From Pocillopora damicornis (Eukaryota), in assembly GCF_003704095.1 (NCBI RefSeq), contig NW_020846005.1, positions 124,001-188,000 on the forward strand: 64,000 bases of DNA, in the 5' to 3' direction. Below are positions 11,965 through 24,900 of the stretch, piece by piece (within the stretch, counting starts at the first letter, position 1; each line of letters starts with the position of its first letter). The translations under genes and the position numbers were made by a program. The notes under the pieces were generated by a model. That model saw only the letters and a list, made by a program, of their open reading frames with translations, was not told the DNA's origin and did no database searches.

Positions 11965-14900
11965 ATGGTAGAAACTTCAAACGAGTTGAGGTGAGTTTTC
12001 TGTCTTACTCACTGAAAACAATCTACAATCGAGCAAATTATCAGCGACAGTTATGGTGAATGGATTGAGTATTCGCCTATTAAATATCCTGCAGGCATGC
12101 CGGCGGAACACACAGTGTTTGAAAACTAATAATCTTTTGACTCTAAATCAAAGAACTGATCGAGGCATTCCGAAGCATTTATTGACCGACTAAATCGACG
12201 CGCTCTTATGAAGGGTACAGTCGACGACTGTGATCTTTAGGACTTAGACAAGACGCTTCAAATATATTTAGTGGTCAAACTTTTGCGCATGTATGAACGT
12301 TATAGTGGCTAGGTGGCGTTCTTTCAGGCTTTCAGAAACAAATTGTCTGAAACCACGCAAGTCATTCTTAAGTTACATAAAATATCACGGTTGCTACGAT
12401 ATCTCCGCCACCATCTCCCGAAAAGTCTCCGGTTTTTCTTCGGAAGGTCCTCGTTCTTCCCCGCCCAGGGATTGCTTGATCCAAACATACCGAAGTTATT
12501 TTATTGCTTTTTGACTGTTTTAGGAAAGTTAACTTAAACGAATTGGTATTGGTCAGACAACATAAAATTCTCCGAAGTTCCTGGACATGCCACCGAGAGC
12601 TTTTACTTTTTTTGGCCCTGGTTTTAATAGCATTGGGAATACTTGCTTACTATTTCGGAACAACGCAGTATTTTACAGTACAAGGTAAGGCCCACTACCT
12701 TATAGTTTCTGAGAAGCAGTTACTGCTGCTTAAAAAGCTATTAAACCGATAAGATGATCTTAGAGACCTACTCGTGGAAAACTATGCCTTCACCTTTACA
12801 TATTAGGTTCTTATTGACCTTGTGGGAGGGCTGGACGGGAAAGTCCGTGCGTCACGACCGCGAGCTTAATATTATGCCGTTCGGCTCGACCAAACTCAGT
12901 CTAAAAGCATTTTATCATATGAACGCAATGAACGGGCGCGCTCGTTTGTGCTTCCCTTCAAGGTTTCGCCGTGTTCTATAGGGCCAGACGGCTTTTTCCG
13001 GACCGGCTCACGTCAACACGTCTGGCCAAACACTTTGGTTTACTATGGGTTTGCGCGCGCGGTGTCAGACGGGCCATATGTTAGTATTGAGTATTAAGTA
13101 TTTTCTCCTTCCCTTCACAGGGCAGTTTGTGAACTTAAATGCTGATACTGTCATCCAGTATTTCGGTAGCTCCGAAAATAGAGAGGAAGATGGGAGGAGT
13201 TCAAAACCAGTCGTCGTTGAAACGAAAATTAACCTTGAGACTACCCTTCCCTCACAGATGAAAAATATTAACAATACAATAATTTTTTCTGACATGGCAA
13301 ATAGTTTTACCACAGAAAGTTCCAAACAAACAAAAGTTCATATCAATTCGAAAGCAAGTGTAAAACTTTCCCCGCCTACCGGAAAGAGGAAATCCTCGAA
13401 AAGCGAACAAACTGCTCCAGAATTGAAGAATAAATCGTTCTTTTCCTCGATGAAAGACTTATTTATCCCGACAAAAAGAAGTAAAACGAAACTTTCAAAA
13501 ATAGAAAGTTTCCAAAGAAAAGGTCACGTCATTCCGAGAAGTTCAAATCTTCCAACCAAAAGTGTGAAATCCACGGTCAGAAAAGTTCAAGGAACTTTAA
13601 GAGAAATGAAGAATATCAAGTATTCAGATTTACAACGAAAATCTTCAACTGCACCAAGTCCTCTACCGAGGACGAAATTCAACTTTGATTCGTGGTATCG
13701 TAAAAAGACAGTTGAGATATGTGGAAGTGGATGGCAGGACAAATACCGTGAATTACATGACGATATTCTAAGTAGGCGTCGCCAAGAGAAATATCTCGTG
13801 TATCTATGTCCTGGCACTCGACAAGGTTGTTGTGGTTATGGAAACAGACTCAGAGCTGTAGCGTCGCTATTTTACCTTTCAGTTCTTACTGACAGGGCTT
13901 TTCTGATTGATTGGCGTGCGCCTGAACCAATAGAAAATCATCTGACACCGCGAAACATCCAATGGAATTATAGCGAACCCATTGATATTTGCACGGGATT
14001 ACAAATACGCAAACACTATTGGGGATCTACGAAAACGGACGTTCGCGAAGCTGAAGGGTACATTATTCAAGAACCAAAACGCTTCAAAAAATGGTTCACT
14101 TCTACAGATTTAAAGCAATTTTTTGACTGGCCGGTGGAAGAAATAACCACGATATGGTACTTCGCCGAGGGTGGGATAAAAAACAATCCATTTCTTATGA
14201 AGCGCGCCAAAGACTTAGGAATAACACCCTTGATTTCCAACACACCAAAGTTTAATCTCATAGGATGTGCGTTTGACTTTTTGTTCTCAAAGTCGGAAGC
14301 TTTGGAAAGTAAACTGAACGAAATGAGAGCACAGTTACAGTTTGATAAAGGGCCAGTTATTGGGGTACACATACGAACAGGGGACGACCAATTTGATTAT
14401 TTTTCCTCCGAAAACGTCCGCACATGGAATGCCAGAAACGTTTCAAAATTCTTCGAGTGCGCAACTAAAGTAGAGAACGAACTATTTTTAAACGAGACAG
14501 ACGGACGAGAAAAAGTCCGTTGGTTTCTCTCCACTGATAACGAGCAAGTGAGAACTTTAGTTCAAGAAATCTACCCACACAAGGTAGTCGCGACCAATTT
14601 AACAATCTTACACCTGGATATTCTCTTCAACACCACAATCTTCAACTTTACGGCACAGTGTAACTACACGGATGAAACTAACACAACTCTAGTGTGCTAC
14701 AATGTCGAAATATTAAATGTAACTGCATATTGCCTAAACCGCACAAAATATAATTTTACTCAAGAAATAGAAAATAACTCTACAATTTATGGCACAGGGA
14801 TGGCCACAGAAGGCATTATTGCTATGTTAGTGGATCATTTCTTGTTAGCTGAAAGCGATTTTCTTGTCTTGTGCGACAGCAGTTTTGGTTCAACAGCGGT

Positions 14901-15015
14901 GGGATTGGGTATGCGTAACACAGATAGCTATATCTTGGCCGATCGAGGTTGTGTTGACTTTGCGACGGCGCAGAAAGATACAAGATTGAGGTTTTTCGGA
15001 AGACGAAGACGGTGA
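11965..15015 (+). CDS. Type II membrane fucosyltransferase-superfamily glycosyltransferase (GT23/GT37/NodZ-like fold), 693 aa. Exons 11965-11990, 12524-12684, 13121-15015
   Basis: Spliced N-terminus MVETSNELR|KVNL..., TM segment LLLFLALVLIALGILAYYF, then a Lys/Ser-rich stem. Catalytic motifs: GYGNRLRAVASLFYLSVLTDRAFLIDW, motif I VIGVHIRTGD, motif II WFLSTD, motif III DHFLLAESDFLVLCDSSFGSTA. Exon lengths 26+161+1895 = 2082 nt, in frame. The 26-nt first exon is the least certain part. Confidence 0.8.
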
Positions 15016-15335
15016 CCCATGTTCTTCAACTCTGTTTATTTTGACTGAATTGCCCATCTTCTCGTAATTGAGAGTACATCTTCGTTAATATACCACTGTG
15101 CTTTTACCTTCAAAACAGATCATTTTGAGCGAGTACCACGAACTAAACCAAAGTTGAGTAAAAGAACTCAGAATCAGTTAACGTGGACGTCATCAATCGC
15201 TAAAAACGCTGGCGACTTATTAGCATTTGTTTCAATCGTTTCTAAATTGCATTAAAATTGCTCTTTCTCAAAAGCTTGGCACCTCGAACCTTACACGACC
15301 ACACTATACACCTATCATTAAACTTACACGTGAAT

Positions 15336-15369
<34 letters not shown>

Positions 15370-15462
15370 TCGTCGGTGGGAGAGTATAACAGGTAATATA
15401 AAGAGTACTCTTTACGGTGGTCAATTTACGTTTTCAACTCAGTTGTTAACACTAAATTACCT
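15336..15462. repeat. Fragments of the repeat family at 1821-2071
   Basis: gggggtaagtttctaaagaaactgtggtgc... is the reverse complement of 2012-2070, and ttttcaactcagttgttaacactaaattacct is a direct match. Confidence 0.7.
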
Positions 15463-16035
15463 ATTAAACTTACACGGACCTGGTTATAAAGAAATACTAC
15501 CACCATGACGATTTTCAGGACATTTTCATAAAATATTTTTATTTAAGCCATTTGTAATACACCGTTTTCAATATGGTTATACAGTAAACTTCCGAAAAAT
15601 TAGCACGTAGGTTACCAGACTAAAGCAGAGATGTAGAGAGTAGCTCTTACCTTTACATGCATCATAAAGTCTAGTCACACTGGAATGGTACCATACTGCT
15701 ACATACATCACCAGATTAAAAATGACACCGTTCAGAAGAACATTTGTTTTGATATAATGGATGTGTAAATAAACTTCACTTTGCACATGAAAAAGTTTCC
15801 CAGTTGAATTTTAGCAAAATCATTAAGGAAAGAAATAGGGGCATATTTTCCCTTCCTGTTGGATCTTATTTTGTAGACATGTTTAAGGAATGGCACAACA
15901 AGATATAATTATCCCAGGATCTACTGCAAATGAATGAGAGAAAGGCAGAGGTTTTGCAATTTCAGTGGCACTCTAATTTATCTTATTTCAGTCACTGAAT
16001 CTCTTTGCTCAAGCTAACCAAAAAATTAATTTCTT

Positions 16036-18626
16036 CTACTCCTCTTTCTTTTTTATTCTCCCAAGCCAGTGTTCCAACATAAAATTCACCAAAGTTTTTT
16101 CCTTTAAGAAAACAAACACTGCCACAGTCAACAAACAAACACCACCAATTCCAATGTGAAGAATGCGGTAATACCATCCATGTTCACAACATAGCTTTGC
16201 TTCTGATGTTGCAGTTATGCCCCAGGACAAGGCAAATGCAATCAACACTAGAGGTGATGGGAAAAGTCCTTGTAAAGGTTTGAGATGAGGGGCTGACTTG
16301 TAATAGTTGTAGATAAATATAAGACTGAAAAACAAAAGATAGAGAAAGAAGTGAGATGTTCTCAAGACTTGGTTAAAGGAGCTACATAGTTTTTTTTCTT
16401 TTTTTTCTGTAATCAGATTGGATGTGGGAGTGTAAGTCTATCATGTAAAGTGGTCATCTGGACATAGGTTGTCTACTGAATCATCACAGACTCTAGAAAT
16501 GACTTGTGCTGAGGTTTTCGAAATGTTTGTCACTTTTACCAACCACAGTTCTTTTCAGGAATACTATCACATGGACAATAACATTAAACAGTCAAAGGAG
16601 TGTTCTTGTGGGGTGTAAAGGACAGTTCAGCAGCTTCAGTGAATGATTAAATCAGAACTGCATAATTTACTTGATTCTGACAATGACTTTAGCTCAGGTT
16701 TCCAAAATTCAAATATCTCTACTTACAAAACACCTTTGAAGGGATACAATAAATCAGGGGAGCATAGTATAATCAACAACTTACTAACCTGTGATAAATG
16801 CGCAGGAGCATGTTAAGGCAGTTAGCTATGACAAATCCAACACTCCCAAAAATAGTGAGATACCAAGATGCTGCTAAGAACACTGCTGAGAATGCCATCA
16901 TTTTGTAATTGTAGGAGTCAACGTCATCTTTGCTCATGGTTGCAAACATGAAGCACTCTGTCATGCCATTGACAGCAATAATCAATACGTAAACACAATA
17001 CCATCGCAGCAGAGAGGGACCTAAAATGAACATAAAAATTAATTAGTAACTAGTAGATAGGGTAGCTAAGAAACTATCCTACTGCACTTTCCATGGCTGA
17101 TTCTCACATAAAATATTTCACTCAAAAAAGTACTGCTACTGCTATTAACCCTTTACATCCTAACATCAAAATGCATTTTCTGTATACTATTTTCTATACA
17201 TTCCTAAGGTGCTGATGAGGAGAATTTGAGTAACAATCAAGAGCTCTCTTAGTTGGTCATCATTTTCTTTATTCTTGTGACCTTAATGAGCGATTTGGGG
17301 ATGACATTGTCAGGAGAAATTACATGTAGATGCTAGTCTCTCTTAGAGGTCAAAGAGTTATGATTGGTAGCATGCACCCTGACCCAAATTTTGATTTCAG
17401 TAACATTTTCCATTTCCTTTCCTTGCTCCAGTTTCTATCCCTTCCAAAACCCCCCAATGCTGTTACATCAGCCAGGATATATTATGTGATACTTCAATGT
17501 CTAAATCACCTTCTCCAGTGCTCAGAGTTTTCCCTCCATAGATGTCAAGCAGAAGGAATGAGTAGCTGTAGCCAAATACCAAAAATGTCAATCCAACTAG
17601 AACAACAAACTTCAGAACAACTTCCAATGTATCCGAAGCCATTTTTGCTGACTGAGGTGTTTGCTTCTCAGCAGAGCTACCTCTTTCCAAAGTATATGCA
17701 AAGAAAGTGTAATAACTCTCTTCTATTGGCATAAAGACACATCTAGCAACCAGAGAACCAAGATTGTTAATCACATCATAAATTCCTTGTTGAGAAAATG
17801 TCAAAACCTTGAAAAGTGTCATAATATAGCGTTCACCTTCAGTCAAAATCTTTTTCAAGAAGGATTGCTTAAAAAAGCTCCATGTAAGATGTGCCAGTGC
17901 CCCACTTAAAAAACTCTTCCTTGATAGAGTTCTTGGGAAAAAGTCTCGCAAAGATCTAAGAGGAAAGTCGCTTTCTTCTTTATTTTGATATCTGGGGGCG
18001 GTTTTGATATAGTATATGAAATATACGTAGTATAAAACCATTACCAAAACTGAAAATGCCGTTTGTGCAATACAAAATGCAATGATCCCAAGATCTGGTA
18101 CAAAAACTACCAGTCCCAAAGTGATGACACATCGTGCAAAGTTTGCGATGCCTTCTATGACAACTTTAAGGCGCAAAAATACAAACGCTTGAGCAACGAC
18201 CCACAGTTGCTCTGACAAAAGTTCGATTGACCCACTGGCTGCAAAAACCAACACTGCTAACGGGTAGTTTGCAATTTTAACTGGATCAGGAATCTCTAGA
18301 TAGTACAACCACACATAACTGAGGATGACAGACAATACAACACCAAGAGGAAACACACACCAGAGAAGGTTAATGACCTGAGTCCATCTTTTATCCGCTG
18401 ACTTGCTGAGACACGCTTTTCGGAATGCCTCGCGAGCAACGAAGACGATAGTTTGATTGAGAAGCATCAGTCGCACGTTCACAACTCCGATCATATCTTT
18501 CGTGGTGTAGCGTAAGAGGATGCCATTCATTACAAAGGTGAGTATCCTAAATGTAACCTGCACAATGACATTGTATGAAGCAGAACGAACAGTGCTCCCA
18601 ACAAGGGTTTCTTTCTCGTCTGCCAT
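16036..18626 (-). CDS. RFT1: RFT1, ER multi-pass protein for Man5GlcNAc2-PP-dolichol translocation, 545 aa. Exons 18626-17510, 17020-16789, 16324-16036
   Basis: Conserved segments VNVRLMLLNQTIVFVAREAFRKACL, FFKQSFLKKILTEGERYIM, QGIYDVINNLGSLVARCVFMPIEESYYTFF, AVNGMTECF and GFVIANCLNMLLRIYHS. Canonical splice sites, 1638 nt in frame. C-terminal KKKEE resembles a dilysine ER-retrieval signal. Confidence 0.95.
17145..17361. mobile_element. TTAA MITE subfamily B
   Basis: TTAACCCTTTACATCCTAACATC...GGTCAAAGAGTTA. Homologous to the copies at 23493, 44806, 53636 and ~1181. Confidence 0.75.
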
Positions 18627-18987
18627 TTTGTTACGATCGCTTGACTGCAACAAAGACAAATCTGATTGGACAGTTCTGGAATATATTATCCAATAAACTA
18701 TCTTGTTTTATTGATATTTGTCATAAAACTGCTGGTCATATACACTGACGTTGTGAGCCTTCCTTTGAATAAAAGAATTATTTCTATTGGTTTATAATAG
18801 CTTTCTTCTGTTTCAAGTAGCCAATTAAAATGGATATGTTTATTATACCCTCCCCGGTCCTGTGCGTAGAATCTACTGAACCCAGTCTCCAGTCACACGT
18901 GGCAAAACATCGTACTACACATTATTACGAATTTGCAAGTTTTCTGGAACTTGTAACCGATAAGTAATTTTAATTTTCGCCAGTAAG
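18627..18987. promoter_or_regulatory. Putative bidirectional promoter between RFT1 and PDIA5-like
   Basis: 361 bp between divergent ATGs. Four CCAAT/ATTGG boxes (~18665, ~18690, ~18786, ~18821), TGACGT at ~18746 and ACACGTGGC at ~18895. Confidence 0.65.
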
Positions 18988-21900
18988 ATGGCGAAGAAAA
19001 ATTTTTGGTTCAACAGCTTTATATGGCTTGTGTTTGTAAGTATCCTTTATGGTTCTTCTTTGAAAAAGATTATGTTGGTTGCCATTTTTTTCTCTTAAAG
19101 TGCTAGTTACAGTAAATCGCTAATAGCTAATCATTTTCAATTATCTGTGAATCTAACCTTGCAACATTGTATTAATTTAACTGGATAGGTCGTGGGTCTC
19201 TCCAAGCAAGCCAAGAAGAAAATTGACAAAAGCTCCATCATAGAAATAAATGATATTAAGCCATTCAAGAAATTACAAAGGACCCATACCAATTTGCTTG
19301 TTTTATTTGCTCAAAGCGGTAGGTACTTTACAGAGGATTCTGTGCGATGCACTGCTTGTAGGAATGCACAGGAAATAAATCAGCTGGTGTTGATTTGTTG
19401 CTTTTTTTACTCTTGCTTAGGAAATAATGTGCTTGAAAATTTCACTATGGGAACTATATCCTACAATTACAAAATTTCGTCACTCAGTTACCACGATTCA
19501 GTGTGTACAGCTGATATTAATATTTTCTTTTGAAACGTTGCTATTATTTCTGTTTTCGAATGCAACTGCTTGGAAAGCGAGATGCATCAACCTGATACTC
19601 TTAACTAAATATTGATAAGACCTGATTGCGTGTGCTCTCGCTCCCATACTATTATGTGTTTACAATTCCTTTCCTTTTTCAATATTTGGTGCATTTTCAG
19701 CTCCGAATATTGTAACCCTGGAAACCAAAAAATCTCACAGAACAGGTTATTGAAAAATTATGCTTTGCGGTGACAAAAGATAAAATATTTTGTAGAACGT
19801 GATGCGTCAAGTCGATTTGAAGTCTTGGCACGAGTTGCAGAAGAAATTAAAGGCAGGGGGACTGTTGCATACATAAATTGTGGGTGAGTATTAATTGGTC
19901 AGCAGGAGGCTGTATTATTTAAATATTTTAATCAACATGAATTGATTTAAATTAGGAGGACTTTACTGTATTTTTTTTTGAGTTACTCTTCATTCTTGTT
20001 TTTTATTTGCATTCTTATAAAACCTTGGGGCTAAGGTTTGTTCTTAGAAATCTGTTCTCAATTTATTTTCACAGTTTCACCAGCTTTGATAGACTTCCCC
20101 TGATCATGGAGAGAATAAGATTAAATGAACAATGATAAAAAGTCCCATTACCCAGATGGCAATCAATCTCTTAACTCCCAAAAGTGATTAATATGTAATC
20201 TCTCCCAGTAATATCTGTATACTATCCAGCAACAGTGAATGAGAATACTCAAAATTTTCAGTTAGAAGCTGTTATCTTGATCTAATACCAAATTCACATA
20301 CCAGTAACTAATTACAAGGAAATGTCTAGCAGCTACAGGGGAGAATGAATGCTAAGATCTTGGGAGTTTTTAAGGGGTTGATTGAAATTGGTAGAGGATG
20401 TACTTAATTTTATATTTATTCTGCCCAAGATTATCGTCATGAGCTGCTCCTCTATACCTTGCCTATCTCCCTTTCATATTATTTCAGAATGAAAAGCAAT
20501 AGTTTTAAGAAGGATACCTTTAGACTGAGATAATTTTCTCTCCACAGGGGGAGCTAATCAATTATCATAATTGTATTTTTACAGAGAAAGCAAAGATACA
20601 AAAAAAATGTGCAAGAAGCTCAGAGTTTCTCCTCAACCTGTGGTGTTAAAACATTACAAGTGAGTTCAACCACCTTGTTGTTTCATTACTCATCCTGCTG
20701 CTTGCTTTGCACTCAAATTACATCTTTCCTTTACTTCCTGTTAGAATTTTGCAATTATCCACCCTTCCCTTTCACTGACTCCTGTCTCCTTTTATACTCT
20801 GCTTTCCTCCAAGGCTTGCCACTTTTTCCACTATTTTACAAACCATACCCCTCTTCTTTTCCACTTTATTTTATGTTACACTCCCCCCCCACTCTCTTCA
20901 TCTATTATTCACCCTACCTCCCTACTGACATCATCTTCCCACATACTCACCTCCTAAGCCTTTTTCTCGTGCTTCTTTGTTCATGTACTTACCCACCCCC
21001 CCTTCCCATGTCTTATTGACTAACTCCTTCTCCCCCTGAATCCAAAGCATCCTACTGATCTTCCACACCCTCAACTGGTGTTATATATAACTCAGTCCAT
21101 TTAGCCATAATAACTTTTTTAAATAATCCCATCCTCACTTTGTCGGGATGTCTTCGATAACTTTGCTTTTACATCAGGTACCCAATGATTATTCTAAGCT
21201 AAGGCACAATTTTGTGTTCACTTCTCCATCTGGAATTCATCCTATCCTCTCATCACCTTCTCACCCTGTCCAACTTTGTTACCTCAAATCCATACCACCC
21301 CAATCAGCCTATTTTAGTGGAGCTTGCAGAGCTTAGCCCCATAATTATACAAAATAGTAGTAACCCATCAAGCCGGAAATATTTGGATGTACGACCGTAT
21401 CACCATACGATCATACAAGATACTACTTTTAACATGTGTGGTCAAATGTACCGCAGGCATGCCAATGCTACGGCTTTGTTTAGTAGTCCAGTGGTCAGTG
21501 CACTGGGCTCTGAGTCAGAAGACCCAGGTTCTAGTCCTGGCTGGGGCAAGGCATTGTGCCCTTGAGACATGCAGGAAAAAAAATACGCGCTCCACTTTTA
21601 GGCTTGGCTAAATCTATATATTATATTACTTGGAACACATTCCTTCTGTTCTTCCTTTATCTTCATTTCTTCAATCCTTATGTTTCCAAACACTCTTGGT
21701 ATTGCATGGACAGGTGTACTATTTAATTTTTTTTAAATATTAATATAAGTTAAATGTTCCCCTTTTCACAGAGATGGGGATTTTAACAAAGATTATGATA
21801 GGAGGAACACAGTTAAGGTGAGTGAAATCATTGATTTTATCATGGTATTGTTTATGTTGTTTTTGTACTTTTAGTAGAAAAGTTAATAAGAAGCAACCCT

Positions 21901-24900
21901 CATTTTTAATCTTATATTTATCGCAACATTTACCCAATTTTTAAAATTTTCTGCAGTCAATGTTAAACTTTATGAATGATCCTACGGGAGAAATGCCTTG
22001 GGAAGAAGAAGAAGGCACAGAGGATGTACGACATGTTCACACAAGTAGTGTAAGTTGTGTAGTATAAAAAAACTTTTGAAAATCTTCAGAGTTACAGATA
22101 CTTGATGTTAAGTGATCAGGGCAGGAAAATTGATTTCCATGAAAAAATGTTTTTTTCTGTTTTTCAGGAATTTGTCAAACTGACAACAAAAGAGAAGAAA
22201 CCAATCATGGTCATGTTCTATGCTCCATGTGAGTCAAATTTTTGTAAATTTTTGCCAAAATCTGTAATGATCTGTGGTTGCTCACCCTTTCTGTTCCCTG
22301 CTGATCCCTGCTGACCCCTGTTTTTCCTTCCTAACCCCATCTCACACCTACTGACCCATGCTGGCCCCTGCTTACCCTTGTTTAACCCTGCTTGCTCTTG
22401 CTCAGCCCTGTNNNNNNNNNNNNNNNNNNNNNNNNNNNNNNNNNNNNNNNNNNNNNNNNNNNNNNNNNNNNNNNNNNNNNNNNNNCCTGCTCACCCCTGC
22501 TTACTCTTGCTTACCCTTGTTCATCCCTGCTCATTCCTGTGTGCCCTTCCTCAACGCTGCTTGCTCTTGCTGGTCCATGCTTGTTTGCGTTATTGTGACT
22601 TCATTGTATCTCATTATTTGAATTTTAGGGTGTGGTTATTGTAAAAAGTTAAAACCTGACTATGCTGTAGCAGCCACTGAACTTAAAGGAGAAGCTGTAA
22701 GTTTTTTTCAAACAAATTCATGACATATTGGGTGGTGAACATGTTAATGGGATTGGTTGTTGAAACATCAGTTACCACTGAGAAAACTCCTTCTCAGGAT
22801 GACTCTCACTTGGATGATCATGCCACACAATCAATCAATCACTGTCACCAACAATAACCTTTTTTAGGACTACACTTTTGTAGACATTCAGACTTCAAAG
22901 ATAGATAGATACATTCTTTATTGGATACAGAATTCTTAAATTTAATACATAGTTATAATGAAGCAGTGCATCAATAATTAAATTTATAAAAAATTAGAAT
23001 GGGACAAAGTAAAATATTGATATTAATTGTAAGTAGTTCAATATACAAAATATAACATTGACAGAAATTATGCTAATAAAGTTATTTAGGCCTAGACTTA
23101 AGAAATTTTCTCCTATTGAAAATTCACCAGTAGAAAATTACTTAAGTGACCTAAATCCTTTTATTGTAATACTGAGACTGTTGTGTAGTTAAGCAACCAT
23201 GTAGGAAAAAGACCTGTGGCCAGATTTTGAATTTATTTTGACCATGTGCAGATTACATGACCAGCTGTTACTCCTTGGTTCATGAAAGTTCCATGTCCAT
23301 GTAATTTGGTAGTCATACCAATTTTTTATTCCAACAGATAATGGCTGGAATGGATGTAGATACTTATGAAGCATATCAAATCAGAGAAAAATTCAATATC
23401 ACAGGATTTCCAACTTTAATATATTTTGAGTAAGGCCCAGTTATACATTTATTTCAAATTTTTTTGGAACTGACTTCTGTAGAGGTGTATTTTTAACCTT
23501 TTTACCCCTACGAGTGACTAGCATCTAATTTCTCTTCACAATGTCACACTTGAATCACTCATTAAAGGTCACAAGAATGAAGGGGATGATAACCAACTAA
23601 AGAAGCTCTAAAATTTTTATACAAATTCTCCCTGTCTGCAACTCAGGAAATTTAGAGAGAACAGTATAGAGAATATGGATTCTGATGTTGGGGTGTAAAG
23701 GGTTAATTGCTGGTTGAACTGAAGAGTTCAACTGAAGATGCAGCTTTCTGTAACTCTCTAAGTATGCCTTGAACTGTTTTTGAGTTAGTTGGGTCCTGCT
23801 GTCAGTATATGCATATTTATGGAAAATCTTATTATTTATTTGTGACCATTCTTATGAGTATTTCAAGAGGAATCAATAGTTGTCTATTTCTTTATGTATT
23901 TACACAGTATAATATTTTGATTAATCTGTCTGAATATTAACCTTAAAAAGATTTGGCAAAGATTTTAATTTCAGTTGTCACTGAATCAATGTCTGTCATA
24001 AACTTGATCTTCTTAGAAATGGTGAAGAAAAATATCGTTATCAAGGAAAACATGATAAAGATTCTCTTGTAGAGTGGATGAGAAAGTAAGTCTTATTTTG
24101 TATATCTGGAGTTACTAATGAATTAATGCAACCATTCCTGTCCTGGTTCTCTATTAGACAGTAGTGTAACAATTTTGGACTTGTGTCCAATGTATGACAC
24201 TAGTTTTGGATTTTAGATCTTGTGTTGGATTTTAGGCAGTAGTATCTGATTTTGGACACTGGCTAGACACTAGATGCTTGTGTCCAATTTTAGATGCTAG
24301 TGCCTGATTTTAACACTTGTGTCTAGTTTTAGACAATAGTGTCTGGGTTTAGACTCTAATGTCTGGTTTTAGCCACTAACTAGTGTCTGCTTTCTCGACA
24401 CCTTTGTCCAATTTTCATCACTTTGTCTGACTTAAGAGTCCATTTTAGATACTAGTGTCTGGATATTAGACAATTTTTCTTGGTACTGTGCTTATACAAT
24501 GGACTGTAAAAATATTTTGAGAAGAGTTTTTGAAGTTGTCTTTTAACTCTTTGACTTTATGTATGACAGACCAACACCAAATTTATTCTTACAATATCAA
24601 TACAATCTCAAGTATGAAAGTGATGAGAAAAAACACAAATGTCAATTAGGGGATTATTAGTTGATCCAATATCATATTATCCAAACTAAAATCATGAAAA
24701 ATGTCTGGCAGACAGTAAGGAGAATTACTAATTAGAACTTGGGAGTAAAATGGTTGAAAGGATCTACAATATCAATTGCTATATGACTCTCTTTACCATG
24801 TATGTAATCTTCAAGAGTAATTAAGATTTGTTAATTTTAAACTTGTGTATAATGTTGTTTTATTTTAGCCCTGCTCCTTCAACTCCACCTGCTAAGGAAG

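Noticed and set aside
18627-18659. RFT1 N-terminal extension MSLLQSSDRNK
   Set aside because: That ORF starts at TTG. The ATG at 18626 is in good context and gives a normal-length protein.
18841-18920. Canonical ERSE or ERSE-II element
   Set aside because: The CCACG core is present, but no CCAAT/ATTGG lies at the required spacing.
20609-21336. Pro/Leu/Phe-rich ORFs in a PDIA5 intron
   Set aside because: Pyrimidine-rich low-complexity intron sequence. The real exon there is 20585-20659 in another frame.
24168-24475. CRISPR-like array
   Set aside because: Units are contiguous and degenerate, there are no unique spacers or cas genes, and the context is a eukaryotic intron.
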